A stretch of 64,000 nucleotides of DNA, taken from NCBI GenBank assembly GCA_002633005.1, contig NMRA01000402.1, positions 25,663 through 89,662 on the forward strand. Direction: 5' to 3'. The notes beneath the pieces are model-generated. The model saw nothing but the letters and a program-made list of their open reading frames with translations, did not search any database and was not told the DNA's origin. This DNA comes from Phoronis australis (lineage: Eukaryota > Animalia > Phoronida). The stretch's first letter is position 1; every line of letters begins with the position of its first letter. Positions 40,001 to 51,700 of the stretch are shown here, piece after piece. Both the position numbers and the translations under genes were made by a program.

Positions 40001-40871
40001 ATTTTTTTCCGAAACTGTATAATAATAAAACGAATCTTTAACTTAAAACGAAGTATGAACAAAGTTGCCCGTCTCAAGTGAATCATAGTTGAGCTAACCA
40101 ACGGCTACCTTTAGTTCAACGAATTTCGTTTCTAACACTCTTAGGTCTCAGCTACAGTTACTAGAGGCAGCTCTCAGTAATCCCTCAGTGCGCTGGCCCT
40201 AGACCCATTCTTTAACTCTCTGTGAAACCTTGTTCGTTCACGTTTACTCAAATCCTGATGGCTGCATCCTCGGGATTGCACTCCCTCCCCCCCCCCCCCC
40301 CCCCNGCGGACGTGGGGAATTCGGTTTATGGCTGCATGACAGGGAGGGGGTTGGTGGCGGAAAAGGTGGAGAGGGTAGTGTGGCGAAGTCGAATCTCGAC
40401 AACTATCTCGGAGTCCACCCACGTTAGAAAATTTTATAATATAAGAGCTTTATAATTAACATGACACGCCATCACCTGCAACTATTCACCCACCTGCAGA
40501 TATTTCATCAGTTTACACATGGCCGACCCTAGAAACCACGTCAATAGCAAATCCTCCAGAAGGGTTAAGGGTAAACAGAAGACTGTGACGAGTAAATCAG
40601 CGATCGCCAGATTCATAATGAAGCCATTGGTCACGGTTCGCATGTCACGGTTCCTCCATACGGCGATACATACGAGAAGGTTCCCAGATAGACCCACAAC
40701 GAAGACAATAATATAAAGCGTGGCAAAAACGAAGTGGAACCCGTTTAACTGGCTGTACACATATTCTTCGATCATATCTACGTAGTCTGCGTCCGGTACA
40801 CATTCATCGTTGGCATGCGGACATGGCGTGGTGGGTCCAGTGCTATTCTGTATTTCTGTTGTAGTCACCAT
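27842..40871 (-). CDS. HCRTR2: Orexin/allatotropin receptor-like class A GPCR (co-orthologous to vertebrate HCRTR1/2): complement join(40494-40871,36458-36848,31141-31324,29535-29650,27842-28062), 429 aa
   Basis: Seven hydrophobic segments with family motifs: GNLLVCIAVWRNRDMRTVTN, NLAIADLLVT, CKLMKYLQAISV.VSVLTLSFISLDRFNAICHPLKFKS, KQLKARRNVAKML...FAVCYLP, SHWLCYLNSAVNPIIYNFMS, FKKEFK. All introns GT-AG with matching phases (0,1,2,1); total 1290 nt. Confidence 0.9.
28214..28458. mobile_element. MITE (same family as 14113-14360), in GPCR intron 4
   Basis: CATGCGCGAACCCAG...CTGGGTGTGCGCAT termini; flanking TGGTAA is duplicated. Confidence 0.7.
29535..29650 (-). CDS. HCRTR2: Orexin/allatotropin receptor coding exon 4 (ECL3-TM7)
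   Basis: ctgtag| acceptor, |gtgagt donor; SHWLCYLNSAVNPIIYNFMS. Confidence 0.92.
31141..31324 (-). CDS. HCRTR2: Orexin/allatotropin receptor coding exon 3 (ICL3-TM6)
   Basis: tgacag| acceptor, |gttaaa donor; ARRNVAKMLITIVVMFAVCYLPVHLINIF. Confidence 0.9.
31520..32485. mobile_element. Internally deleted Kolobok-superfamily DNA transposon in GPCR intron 2 (convergent THAP and KolX/P2X7-like ORF remnants)
   Basis: TTAA on both flanks (31516-31519, 32486-32489); TIRs ACAGTACACACCATG vs AGTGTACACAACATG (12/15). Minus-strand THAP remnant at 32251-32006; plus-strand acidic ORF start at 31724 continuing after a frameshift as YFEPY...RADVSE*. Confidence 0.75.
32006..32251 (-). pseudogene. THAP zinc-finger remnant (transposase N-terminus)
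   Basis: IKRCVSGGCSNSH*GGERLGVPKDTKVAQKWHRFVRRTRVW...ATLCSAHFEDSCF shows the C-x4-C...P...W...C-x2-H-F THAP signature; start codon lost and one internal stop. Confidence 0.8.
33170..34269. mobile_element. Non-autonomous TIR element flanked by TTAA (Kolobok/MITE-like); related copy at about 63001-63720
   Basis: ttaa|AGAGGCATGGAACG...CGCTCCACAAAT|ttaa with degenerate TIRs; shares CATCCCACTTATGATAAA...GCGCATGCGCTCACA and other blocks with 63001-63720. Confidence 0.55.
36458..36848 (-). CDS. HCRTR2: Orexin/allatotropin receptor coding exon 2 (TM3-TM5)
   Basis: ttacag| acceptor, |gtaaat donor; DRF motif; LFFLPL...AY in TM5. Confidence 0.92.
37040..37260. repeat. Degenerate tandem repeat (about 50-bp unit containing GAGGTC.CC...ATTAATATA.G)
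   Basis: Four to five recognisable recurrences of the motif. Confidence 0.5.
40494..40871 (-). CDS. HCRTR2: Orexin/allatotropin receptor coding exon 1 (N-terminus, TM1-TM2, start of TM3)
   Basis: ATG at 40871; ends KYLQ|gtgggt. Confidence 0.92.
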
Positions 40872-41752
40872 TATGCGTTTTAACGTCGTTGATCAGGTTT
40901 CGGTGATTAATAAAAATATAAATATATGACGGAAGTTAATGTTATTCTGAAGTACATATAACCTTCGTACTTTTGCGAAGTGACTTGAAATAAATTCCAC
41001 TCTCCATGGGTTGTGAGAGACTAGACTCCGTTACTAAACAGAAAGAGATCAAATAAACGAGAACCACACGGGTTGAGTCGTCGTTCGGCTTTATTCTCTG
41101 GCCACGGTAATCTCAGATCTCGTGTTCGGAAGATTTAATTAATCGTCGCACGCACCGTTGTTGGTTTTGCGCAGTTGAATCCGTTAGCTGTCGATCAAAC
41201 TTTGACAGTGTGTTGCAAGTACGAGTTCAGCGTTTTTTCTTTGAATTCTGTTCAGTAATTTTCCAGATGAGCGACTTTGGGTTAAGCGCGATTTAATTTT
41301 AATTACCGCCGTGATCTTCTCAAATCTCTTGGGTCCTAGAACGTAATAAAGATGTTATTGCTAGCCGGTAAATGAGAAAGCAATCTGAAAGTTGACATTT
41401 ACCAATAAGCAAATCTTGGAAAACTACATGTAAATAAGACTTCCTATATCATGGCGCCTAAAAACAAAATAAGGGTGCCGGGACGTTACTATACTCAGTT
41501 TTAAGTACGAAATTAACCAACTATAGTCAACAGATTTACCGATGTACCGCTACAAGTTACAGGAAAAACTCCCATGATTTTAACCTTATGGACAAAAGGT
41601 GTGCCTTTGCTTTTACCTGTCTACCAACGCTGTTATCCTTGCTCCGTACCTACAGTCGAGGTGTTCAGACACTTAGGGCAAAGAAATCATGTTCCTAAAG
41701 GTCTGAAGCATAGCAAACAGCATGCGTGCACCCGGGGGGGGGGGTCTCGGGG

Positions 41753-41811
41753 NNNNNNNNNNNNNNNNNNNNNNNNNNNNNNNNNNNNNNNNNNNNNNNN
41801 NNNNNNNNNNN
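41753..41811. other. Assembly gap (N run), following the start of a third CATG-MITE copy at 41721
   Basis: Run of N. Confidence 1.
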
Positions 41812-42262
41812 TAGCGAAATAGGCTTTGGTTGTAGGATCTATTTGCAATATAATGGAGGAAATCGCCTACTCTGAACGGCGTTTTAAGGCCATTTTGACA
41901 AGGGATTGTTGAACTCAAGTTTTAGTTCACTGTTTCTGCCGTCGGTGAAGTCGTTGTAATCTTGTTTTTGTCCTAAATTGAATGGTTATGGTTTCTTGTT
42001 AAGATCGGTGTTTTGATAACTAACACGATAACGTCGACCAGGCTCGAAACGACGAATAAACTGCCAGTCATTAGTGTAGGAAAGATGCCCGAAAGCGTTC
42101 ATACCTTACCCTCGTGGGCTCATGTCCAGAATAATAATAACAGCAACATATTCGTGTCTCGTCGGCGATTAATACTAGGCTGAGCGAAATAAACTAAAAA
42201 GTTTTCAGTGTTGATGCACTTCACATCGTTTTCTCAGGCTTAGTGAGTTTTAAGTGATAGAC

Positions 42263-42420
42263 CATGGGGGGATCCAGGATTCTTTAAAAGAGGGAGATCA
42301 GATCAAGAATTTTAAAAAGGGGTCCAAGCCAACAATTTGAAAATTCTAGATTCGATATCACTAAAATAAAGGGATAGGTAGGAGTCTGGACCCGCTTGAC
42401 CCCTCCTGGATCAGCCGATG
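42263..42420. mobile_element. Short hAT-like MITE (GGATCCAGG...CCTGGATC termini)
   Basis: Inverted ends CATGGGGGGATCCAGGA / TCCTGGATCAGCCGATG. Confidence 0.5.
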
Positions 42421-42912
42421 TAGATAAGGGCAAAAAACTCAGTTCGTTCGTGTTTTTGAAAATCGAGTGACGTATGGTATGACTTGTAGCTCTACTTAAA
42501 AAAAAATTATCTGAGACGAGCAAACCTGGTGAGGATTTTGTTTTCTACTCATCGTTCGGCAAATCTTGGTGTTTCAAACCTTGCTTGCCCTTGCTTATAT
42601 GCTTTTGAGCACAACTGTTAGAAATTCAAAACACGAGAAAGTGGCTGAAATTTGACGGATCAGGCGGGCATTTTTTAGTTGGTGAGCGCATGCCTCAAAT
42701 TGAGTCGGGACGTTAGTACTGAACCAAACCAACGATGCGCATTTGGGAAATCCTCATGGAATTTTGTCGTCTCGGTGAAAATACGTGGTCGGCACATGCG
42801 GTGTTCCAAAAACGAAAACATTAATGATGTAAATGAAGAAAATTAGATTGGTTACTCTTTCAATGCCATTTTGGCATGATAAAGAACTGAGCTAGAACTG
42901 TACACGTTTTAC

Positions 42913-43112
42913 CAGACGTACGCAGACCTTACATGTGGGCCCACTGCACCTATAACCTGGAACAATTTTTGTTAAAAGCTATTAATAGTTTAAACCGAGT
43001 TGAGGAGCAAGAAAACTTACTCGAGGGCCTAGTAGTATGGTCCAGTGGGACTCGAACCCACGACCTGAAGTAATGAAAGCGGGCACCTATCGCATTAGGC
43101 CACACTGCCTTC
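42913..43112 (-). mobile_element. tRNA-derived SINE, copy 1
   Basis: Minus-strand A box TGGCCTAATGCG and B box GGTTCGAGTCC; body matches 48772-48649 and continues to match 47393-47337. Confidence 0.7.
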
Positions 43113-44804
43113 TCGGTGCAGGGTAGAGCATACCTTCCAATCAGTAAAATGACAATACGTGTTAGAACAGGTAACAGTGAACTACTCCAGATAGAGGACA
43201 AACTAGTGTCCTTCGCTTGTCCAGCGTGGACTACGGTACATAATGACACCAACTGTACAGGATCCTAAAAAGTATTACGGGCGCTCTTCTGAGTTAAGGC
43301 ATTCATGAAAGAAATATATTAATTATTTGGACATAAATACAAAAGAAATAAAAAGATTTTACACGTAGAGCTTAAAGAATTATGACAAAAAGAAGTTTTG
43401 ACTCCCAGCACCCGCCTAAAATGTATTCAACATGTACCTTATTTTTGCAGCGGCACCTGGTGTTTGAAGCTGCTTACCGACAGTAAGGTCACATCGGGTT
43501 GATCTAAAAGATTGTCAAAAAGCAGCATATATTTTGAATTTTTCCCAATATTCTCGGCAACCACGAGACCATTTGTATCCTCAATTGAATCAAACGTAAG
43601 AAAAGAGTGTCTTTAGTTTCCCGTTAAAAACGATCAACAAAATTCTTGAAATTTTGGAGTTACACGTGTGATCCAGTATATGTAATTATCCACCAATTTT
43701 ACACCATTCTTTTAATGTCGAACACCTAGAAGTAACATTTCAGGCACTGCAAATACAGAAAGAGAAAGGTCTATTCAGGACTGAGAATTTTCAGTCCTGG
43801 CAGATTTTGACCAATTTTACCCGAGATTGTCACCCACTGTGTTTAAATGGCTCGTTTGTATATTGTATGAATGTACTATTGTGAGTAAAAATGGTCTTAA
43901 CTTCGCAGAAGCATCCGAACACTTTACAGCTGAGCTTACACACATGTAAGCGTTGACCGACCTTGATGCAGCGACTGTCTTGCAGACAAGGGCAAGAATA
44001 GACGAATTCTAATAAAATCATAAAAACGAAACGGGTTTTGTTGTTTTATACCTCTGGCCAAAGCTATTAATTTCAAGATGTCTTAGCCTATTCAACAGCA
44101 ATCACAAAATTACCATTTAAAAGGCGCAGTTTTGCCATAACTAAACTTTCTTGAAACCTCTACAAATCTAGAAAGCGTTAAGGCAATACAAATGTTATTC
44201 TAGCGATGACTTTTAGATGCAGTGCATCTTGCTCAAGTTTATATTGACATTTGCCAACGTAAATTGGAAGCATACACAGATGATCGCTTGCCAATTTGTG
44301 ATTCCTATCGTTTACGTTATCGAAGAAACGTGTGCGAATAAATGACAATATTAAGGCTCACGGCAAATACAAGTACCTGTCCTGTCGAGAAACATACCTT
44401 CAATGTTCACAATTAAACAACCATTAAAAATTCAATAGCAAGAAAAACAAATTTGGTAGGACTTCAAAGAAACATTTTGACCTAGGGTGAGTTTTGAATG
44501 ATATCCTCATTCGTACATGTAATAATACATGATTATAATGACACCACAGCCATTATATTCATTTCCGTTATAACGAGTTCTACTAAGCTTATTTTGAAAG
44601 TTTCGTCATCTTGCCACAAAAAGAATAAATCGGCGACATTGTGTTTTTAGCTCTACCGCGAAATTTGTCATTTTGGAAGTTGGGGATGACCCCTTCCGTG
44701 TTATCCTAGATCCGCCAGCGAGGAGTCTTGCGTTTCTTCGACACACATGTTTGCTAAGTGTTGGCAATGTTTTTCCATCATTAGTAAAGTTGTAATATAT
44801 AAAC

Positions 44805-45310
44805 GATAGACGGACAAAGACATAGACAGACATAAACAGACATAGACAGACATAGACAGACATAGACAGACATAGACATACCAGTAGGCGAAAAGACTTA
44901 GTGCCACACCCACGGACGGAAGGATTGACGGGTGGAAAGGCGGACAGATGGATGCCCGGATGAATGAATGGATGAACTACACAAATAAGTAAATAGACAG
45001 CTAGATAACCAACTAGACAGACAGACAGACTTACGCACAGGCGGGCTGATAAGCAGACAGAAGAGAGACAGACAGACCAGCACACGGATTGACAGGCAGG
45101 TAACTAAAACAGTTGAGACGACAGACACACAGACAAGCAGACAGACAGGCAAACGGTCATACCGATAGATAGATAGGTGAATAGAAACAGTGCGCCTGTT
45201 TGGCTGTCTGGATATCTATTTCTGAAATAGATATCCAGACAGCCAAACAGGCTCACATACGACAAACAGACAAACAGATTAACAGGTAGATTAACAGACA
45301 TTTGGATAGG
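44805..45310. repeat. Low-complexity (GACA/GATA/CATAGACAGA)n microsatellite region
   Basis: Visible tetranucleotide and decanucleotide repeats. Confidence 0.85.
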
Positions 45311-47336
45311 TAGAAGGTTTGACAATAAGTGCGTGTATGGTACTTGTACATGTAGAGTACGCAGGTTGCTGTTCACATGTAAGGGGGATAGACATCGGCA
45401 GGACGGTAAAACGATTGGTGAATAAACGTTGATTGCCAGAGATCATTCATTATACAAATGTATCATCTCTTTTTCGAGTAAATGTGAATATTGCATGTTT
45501 TACGCGGAACACATCTGGAGAACACAAACATTTGGCAAGTTTCATGGAGTCAAAACACAAAAATTCGCATTTAATGTGTGTAGATGAATGATGCGTTTAA
45601 CGTGTGATAGATTATGACACACAACAATACAGATGGTTGTGGACAAGTACTTCCACACCATCAGGTGTTCATGCATGTTTCTCCATTTGAAAAAGCACTT
45701 TCCAAAATTGTTCAAATCGCAGTTATAAGACGCCAATAACTACATGTTTCAATTGCATTAGAATTTAAAAACCTATCTACTCGATTTATATGACATCAAT
45801 AGTTTGTATGAGCTGTGGACCGGTCCTTTCACAGTTTCAGCTATAACGGTTGGAAGACTATTAGTCTGTCTACACTAGACGAGAATAGCTCATCATTATT
45901 TGTTTTTCTACTGCACTTTTAATTTTTTTTCTGATAACTTTTCCCTGAGTAAATGTGTGATGTTTGTTCCTTCTTTTGCAGTTCCTATTTGGCGTCCTGC
46001 CAAATGTGAACTTGTTTCCTTCCTACCTCGGAGCATTTTGAACTCCTGATAAGTACGGGGTAGTGCTTCGTAGCCATGTTTCTTGCGAAAAAAGCGAGAT
46101 TAGGGAGGACCATGCAAAATCAAGCGTGGGAAAGACGAATGTTTCGTGAGTATGATCCAGACCTAACAAAATGGCGGCCACCGAGTTGATTGATCGATGA
46201 GTTTTAAGCATTGAATTCTGGGATCTAATTTATGAATTATGGGACATAATCCGTTCCATAAACGAAGTTTTCTCTCGGCATGTGCGAAGCTGATGTCTCG
46301 GGCCTATCGCGCGCAGCCCGGATTACCACGTGCTATTAGTCAAAAAGTTATCCCAGTAGTTGCAATTCATATTACACAACGCAACAAATTAGGTTCCGTG
46401 GTAAGGGAGTGGCTTGTGGTAAGATTTCATAAACCACGTCTGAACTTTGTGGTATTTTATCATCATTCGACTAGCAGGTGCTTTAACGGTCATTCCGCCC
46501 GCGACCGTCTTAGTCGCTCTTTATATCAAGAGAAGCGAGCCACTAGCACTGAACCAGACAAGGATAAAACAAATTCTGTGCCAGCGACCCATCTTGAACA
46601 TGTAAAATAACATTGCAGCGTGCAAAATCTATCATGTTGAAATTACTTAAAATTGTTAGCCAAACAGCAAGGGAAGCGCGTAGGAAGCGACAGTCGGTTC
46701 CGTGATGGCAGGTGACGCCGATACAGAAACCTTCCTGTTTGCACCATACCGAGAAAATACATTTTCACCGTTGAGATTGGCGGCTGTAATCAAGCGCAAC
46801 GACAGGCGACGGACAATTGAAAACCATATGAATATGAAATCTAACACCAGCAATTAATTAACTCGAAAGAATCTCTGTACGAGGCATTAATATCTTTTTT
46901 ACACTTGGCAGTTGGAATAAAAAAGTTTTCTATTGTCAACGAACCTCCACGAGAGCCCTACCACAAAATCGGTGTGTACAGTGAGGTGGCACCACAGCGT
47001 GCAAACCGCAATATTGCCGGTAAACAACCAATTAGCCTTGGAAGATATTGCCAGATTTGTTACTAGCACATAAAACAGTTACGAAAGGCTTTTAAACAAA
47101 AATACCCACAATTAGAAGTTTTCTTACATTGATGCGACGACTTTGACAACGTGACCTCCGATCACTACTCAAGTTTTGGTAGACATCCTCATACATGTAT
47201 GTCGCGATAACTCTTTATTTTAACTGGCTTCCTGCTTTAGTCAAACAATAGTGACTAGGGGCGGTCAGGACGAGTTCGCCACTGGGCCGAGTCCCCTACC
47301 CCTCAAAATGCAATTCTCACAGGTGTCAAATAATTG

Positions 47337-47393
47337 CAGACGTGCGCAGGCCGCGTGCACTGATCACCTGGAAATATTTTTGTGCTTTATTAA
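47337..47393 (-). mobile_element. tRNA-derived SINE, copy 2, 3' portion (split by Helitron insertion)
   Basis: Minus strand TTAATA..ACAAAAAT.TTCCAGGT...GTGCA...CTGCGCACGTCTG matches the 3' part of SINE copy 1. Confidence 0.6.
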
Positions 47394-47397
47394 TATA

Positions 47398-48648
47398 ATA
47401 GCCGTTACCCGTGCTTTCGCACGGGTAGCAGCTAGTGGGAAACGTCGAGGGAAATAGATGTAAGAGTGAACATTAGTGTTAATCGCAAGAGACAGGAATA
47501 CTTCTTGAAAGGCCTTGTTCAAAGCCTCAAGCAGAATTTCAGTCACTGTCTTATTTTAGTAGGCTGCGGGATTCTTTCTCCAGGCAGTAGAAATTTCTTT
47601 CCAGAACATTTGACCCTGCCGTAACACAAAGTACAGTAATCAGATATTATTTAAAGTGAAAACTAACAATGCATTTAAAATATCGTATAGTACACAAAAT
47701 ATATAAATGTATTTATAAAAGTTGCATCATAAATGTACATACTGAGGTAGAAAGCCAGCTAGCTGTATGAAGACTATCGTCAACATACAGCTAGGTAGCT
47801 GTTTTTAGAGCTCCGTTAGACACCGAAATTTCACACAACCCAGGTGCTCAGCTCAGTTGTCACCTCGGGGTGAAACTTAGAGCTAACAACCTACAGGGAC
47901 GCATGCAAAATCTGGGAATGAACCGACATTCACCTTGCCCGTTACAGCCGTTTATAGATTGAAGTAAAACGATAATCTAATAAACGTATTTTTCGTAATT
48001 TTCCGCCTTTTGTAACAAAGGAAAATGTGTGGTCGTTTTGAAAACAATGCACAATTGTGACATGCGCACGTACGCGCCATTTCCGAAAATTTTGCTATAT
48101 CTCACGAGTTTTTTTCTGAAATTGGGTTTTCTGATAATAAAATAGTAAAAACTTGTAATGAAATGAAACCACTTGCGATTGTTATGACATGTTCGCAACC
48201 TCGCATTGATTGAATAACATGGAAATTGGCCGCTGCAATGGCGCCCAAAGAGGGCATCGCAAATTTAACAGCCTACTACGGGTAACTGAAGAACGCCAAT
48301 TTTCCAACAGCAGGGTAAGTAATTTAGTTTACTCAAGGAAGAATAAGAATTTTTAAATGAGGCATCATTAATTTTGGCGGCGACAGGCCTGATGAATTAT
48401 ATACGTGAGGGAGTGAAATTAAGCCGACCGACTGACGTCACCAAGGCCAGTACGAAACTGGCCACCCTCCCTCCGCGTCGGCGAAATAACGGCCCGCGAG
48501 AAAATAAATAGAACACCTCGAATCCAAATAGGGGGCCGATCCAATGCTGAGACCAAGGCAGTGCCGAAACGGAATCAACAAAGGTCTGTAGTGGAGCGGG
48601 AGAGACGGAGTTTGTGCAAACGATGCATTTTATACACTAGATACTAGA
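47398..48648 (-). mobile_element. Non-autonomous Helitron-like element, copy 2 (both ends present)
   Basis: Minus strand 5' a|TCTAGTATCTAGTGTATAAAATG; 3' hairpin ACCCGTGC-GAAA-GCACGGGT followed by AACGGCTAT|t; no TSD or TIR; homologous to 11147-12048. Confidence 0.75.
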
Positions 48649-48772
48649 TAGTTAAAACCGAGCTGAGGAGCTAGAAACCTGACTCAAGGGTCCAGCAGTG
48701 TGGCCCAGTGGGACTCGAACCCACACCCCCGGGTAAAGAAGGCGGGCACCATCACACTAGACCACTCTCCTC
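48649..48772 (-). mobile_element. tRNA-derived SINE, copy 2, 5' portion
   Basis: Minus-strand A box TGGTCTAGTGTG and B box GGTTCGAGTCC; homologous to 42985-43112. Confidence 0.7.
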
Positions 48773-51700
48773 CTCTAATTCTCACAGATGATTACATTAG
48801 AGATCTTTGATAAAATGGTTAGCTATGCCAATGAGGTTTGGGGGTGGGGGGGGGGGGTGGTTCAAGCCCCGATCGCGTTCAAATGAAAGAAATTGTTGAA
48901 ATCATGTTTTACTGGCAGAGTTGGGAAGATATCCAGTTTACGTAAAATTGTTTGTATAACAAATGAAATGTTGGTTAAATCTGCCTCATTTCCAGCACAT
49001 CGTAATCCGCGATCGCTGTAGTATCGCTACAGCGTTCTTGTCTCATTGGACGATGTCGGTAGGACACATTGGATTCATCTGTTAGAACTTGTTCCGAAGT
49101 TTGAGATTGGTGTGCCCAATCAAGAAGTCGGCTGCAAAACATGATTTCTCGTCATTTTTGAGCAGTGAATTAAAGATTGTTTTTGCAAGACTGAAACTTT
49201 GCTGTGAAGAATATGTCAAAACTTAGTTCTTATTCCTCATGATATCAAATTAATTTTGAAATTGAATCCTAGTTGTTGCTTGAAATTTTTCAGGATTTTA
49301 TATCAGATATGGCTAAATTACATGTACGTTGCTCTAATCATGACTTGATGGTACTGAGAGGAATGTAGACATGCCCTATTAAATAGGATGTATCAGGTGT
49401 GCTGTCTCTGTGTGTCGGCAAACTGGGGATGGATATCATTTTATATGTCTTTGTAACAAGTATTACACAGTAAGAACTGAGTGATCCTGGTCTGACTAAA
49501 TTTGCAAAATTGACGAAAACATCGGAACCTACGAGTACTCGAATTAACCTTTTGTTTTGTATCAAGTTTTAGTTCAACATTTTATATATGAAATGTCACA
49601 AACCTTGTACTTCAATGTGAACGATTGTCTGCTTAGTTCTATCATATATTATAGGCAACAGATTCGCAACTCTGGCGTTTTCTTTCATAATATCCTAGAG
49701 GAGGCGCCAAACTCTAATCAAAGAAAACTTAGCTTCAGGTTACTGTATTGTGACGGGAAATTCTTGCATCTATTTTACTGTCCAGTACAACGAAAAAAAC
49801 TATTTCGGCATTGAAATGCTGTTTAAAGTCTTCCAATAGTACCTGTAAGAATTTTGGTATCATGAATACTTTTGGCACCCGACCACACAACAGCCGACCA
49901 CGATTAGCAGACGACATACTTGGCTTGCCGGAAGTAACACGTGCTATGTCTGCCAGGTGTCGCTAATGACTAGTGACGTCACATCTTATGCGTAAGATCA
50001 AAGTTTTCGTCCACTGAAAATATACGAAGTTGGCGGTCCATGTACTATGGTTTTATCAACCATTCACTCTGTAATTATTGTTTTATTCAATAATTTTTAT
50101 TCATGGATGACAACCCCTTTGCCTGGCGAGCTCGCCTAAAGGAGTGAGGGTGGGCAGAGTCGCCCCTTACAATTTTGATTTTAACTTGCCGGAAAATCAA
50201 TTTAGGAAAATAAGTAGAAGGTTATAAATGAAAAAGGCTTGCTGCAAATTACTGTCTAGTATATTCTTGTAATGACGTTTCACACTTAACAAACATAACG
50301 TAGTATTTATAAAAGTTCGTGTCATTTTCAAAATTTAAAAAAAAACTGTGCTTCAATCATAATGAAGGCGGACTCACGGAAATGCGTAAGCATGCGTAGG
50401 TATGCCAGAACTGTGACTCGTACAAGGGTTACAGCGAAAACATCAGATCACGGTTGTGAGGCGAAGATACAAACTGACGGAGTTGGTTTGCATGCCGAAT
50501 AACTAAGGTATATATTTATTGTTTTGATGTATCAACCTTGACATGGCGAGCTTAACAGAAAGAGAACTTGTATTTCCGCTGTGCATTATGTTCATGTAGA
50601 CGGATGTGTATATGTCGCAAATAATAAAGGTTAATACATAACTACATGAACAATTTGACAGGCGAGTTCCTGTAAATCCTTTCTACAATCGATCAATTGC
50701 TTTAGAATTTAATTGAGCAAAGAGGTTCATCTGTAGGATTTTAGGTAATTAGCTAATTTCTACTTTTAATTAATTGACTTAACGGATGAGCAACTTTAAG
50801 TAATGAAAATGAGTTTTTATCTCTCGGAGGCGATTATCTTGACATTAGAAGACTAAAGGCAACTAGAACTTATTAAAAGATTTTTGAAACTTGAATGAAT
50901 TTGACGATTCCTTATAATTGTTGCGCACATTATGCGTAGCCCGAGGGTTGTGTAGTGCCCGCCCAACAGGACATAATACTTTATTTTCATCTATTAGTTT
51001 TTTACTTCTCCGGTTTCTTGAAAATGTGTTTAACACAAATCCAGATATACGAATGATCGATTTTGGCGAGTCTTTTTGGTCATGGACAGATGAATTTAAG
51101 CGTTTGCGATGATCTGATTGAACGCGAAAATGGAATTCTTTAAAGACATGGTAATCAGAAAATGTAACAATAAAGAACTTAACGTACGTGTAGATGTACA
51201 TGCAGTTGAAAATAAAGCAAAAAATCTTCGGCACGTTTTCATCAGTGTCTTGTCCCTGATTAGGGACATCGGAAAGTGCCAACAATCACATCTTGTAAAC
51301 CAATGGTATTTGATAATTTTAATCGTATTGAAAATCAAAATAATCCCGTTTTGAAGATTCAATCCAATTGCAAAAATTCAATCCCATACAACATGTAGTT
51401 TTGTCGACATTTGGCTGAAGACATGGTCTAGTCGATAAGGTCCTACCTTAACCAAGAGTGGGCGTGTCTACGATCCTATTCAACGGTAAATACCAACCTC
51501 ATCAGAATATTTTACATAATAAGTAAACTAACGATAATTAGAGTCTTATTGATAGATACCAGTAGAGTGAAGACGCGCAACATTTCCGGCGACGATATAA
51601 CGTGTTTACAAATTAATTTTCACTCTGAAAAATACCTTTAAATTCCACGTTTTCGTCGAAAATGAGTGCCATCATATTTTTAAATTTATTTTGTGTTTGA

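Noticed and set aside
43030-43112. Functional tRNA genes at 43.0-43.1 kb and 48.7 kb
   Set aside because: The cloverleaf is degenerate and the two copies share non-tRNA 3' body sequence, which indicates SINEs.
44606-45376. Hydrophobic Cys/Leu/Ser/Val-rich ORFs
   Set aside because: They are translations of the GACA/GATA microsatellite.
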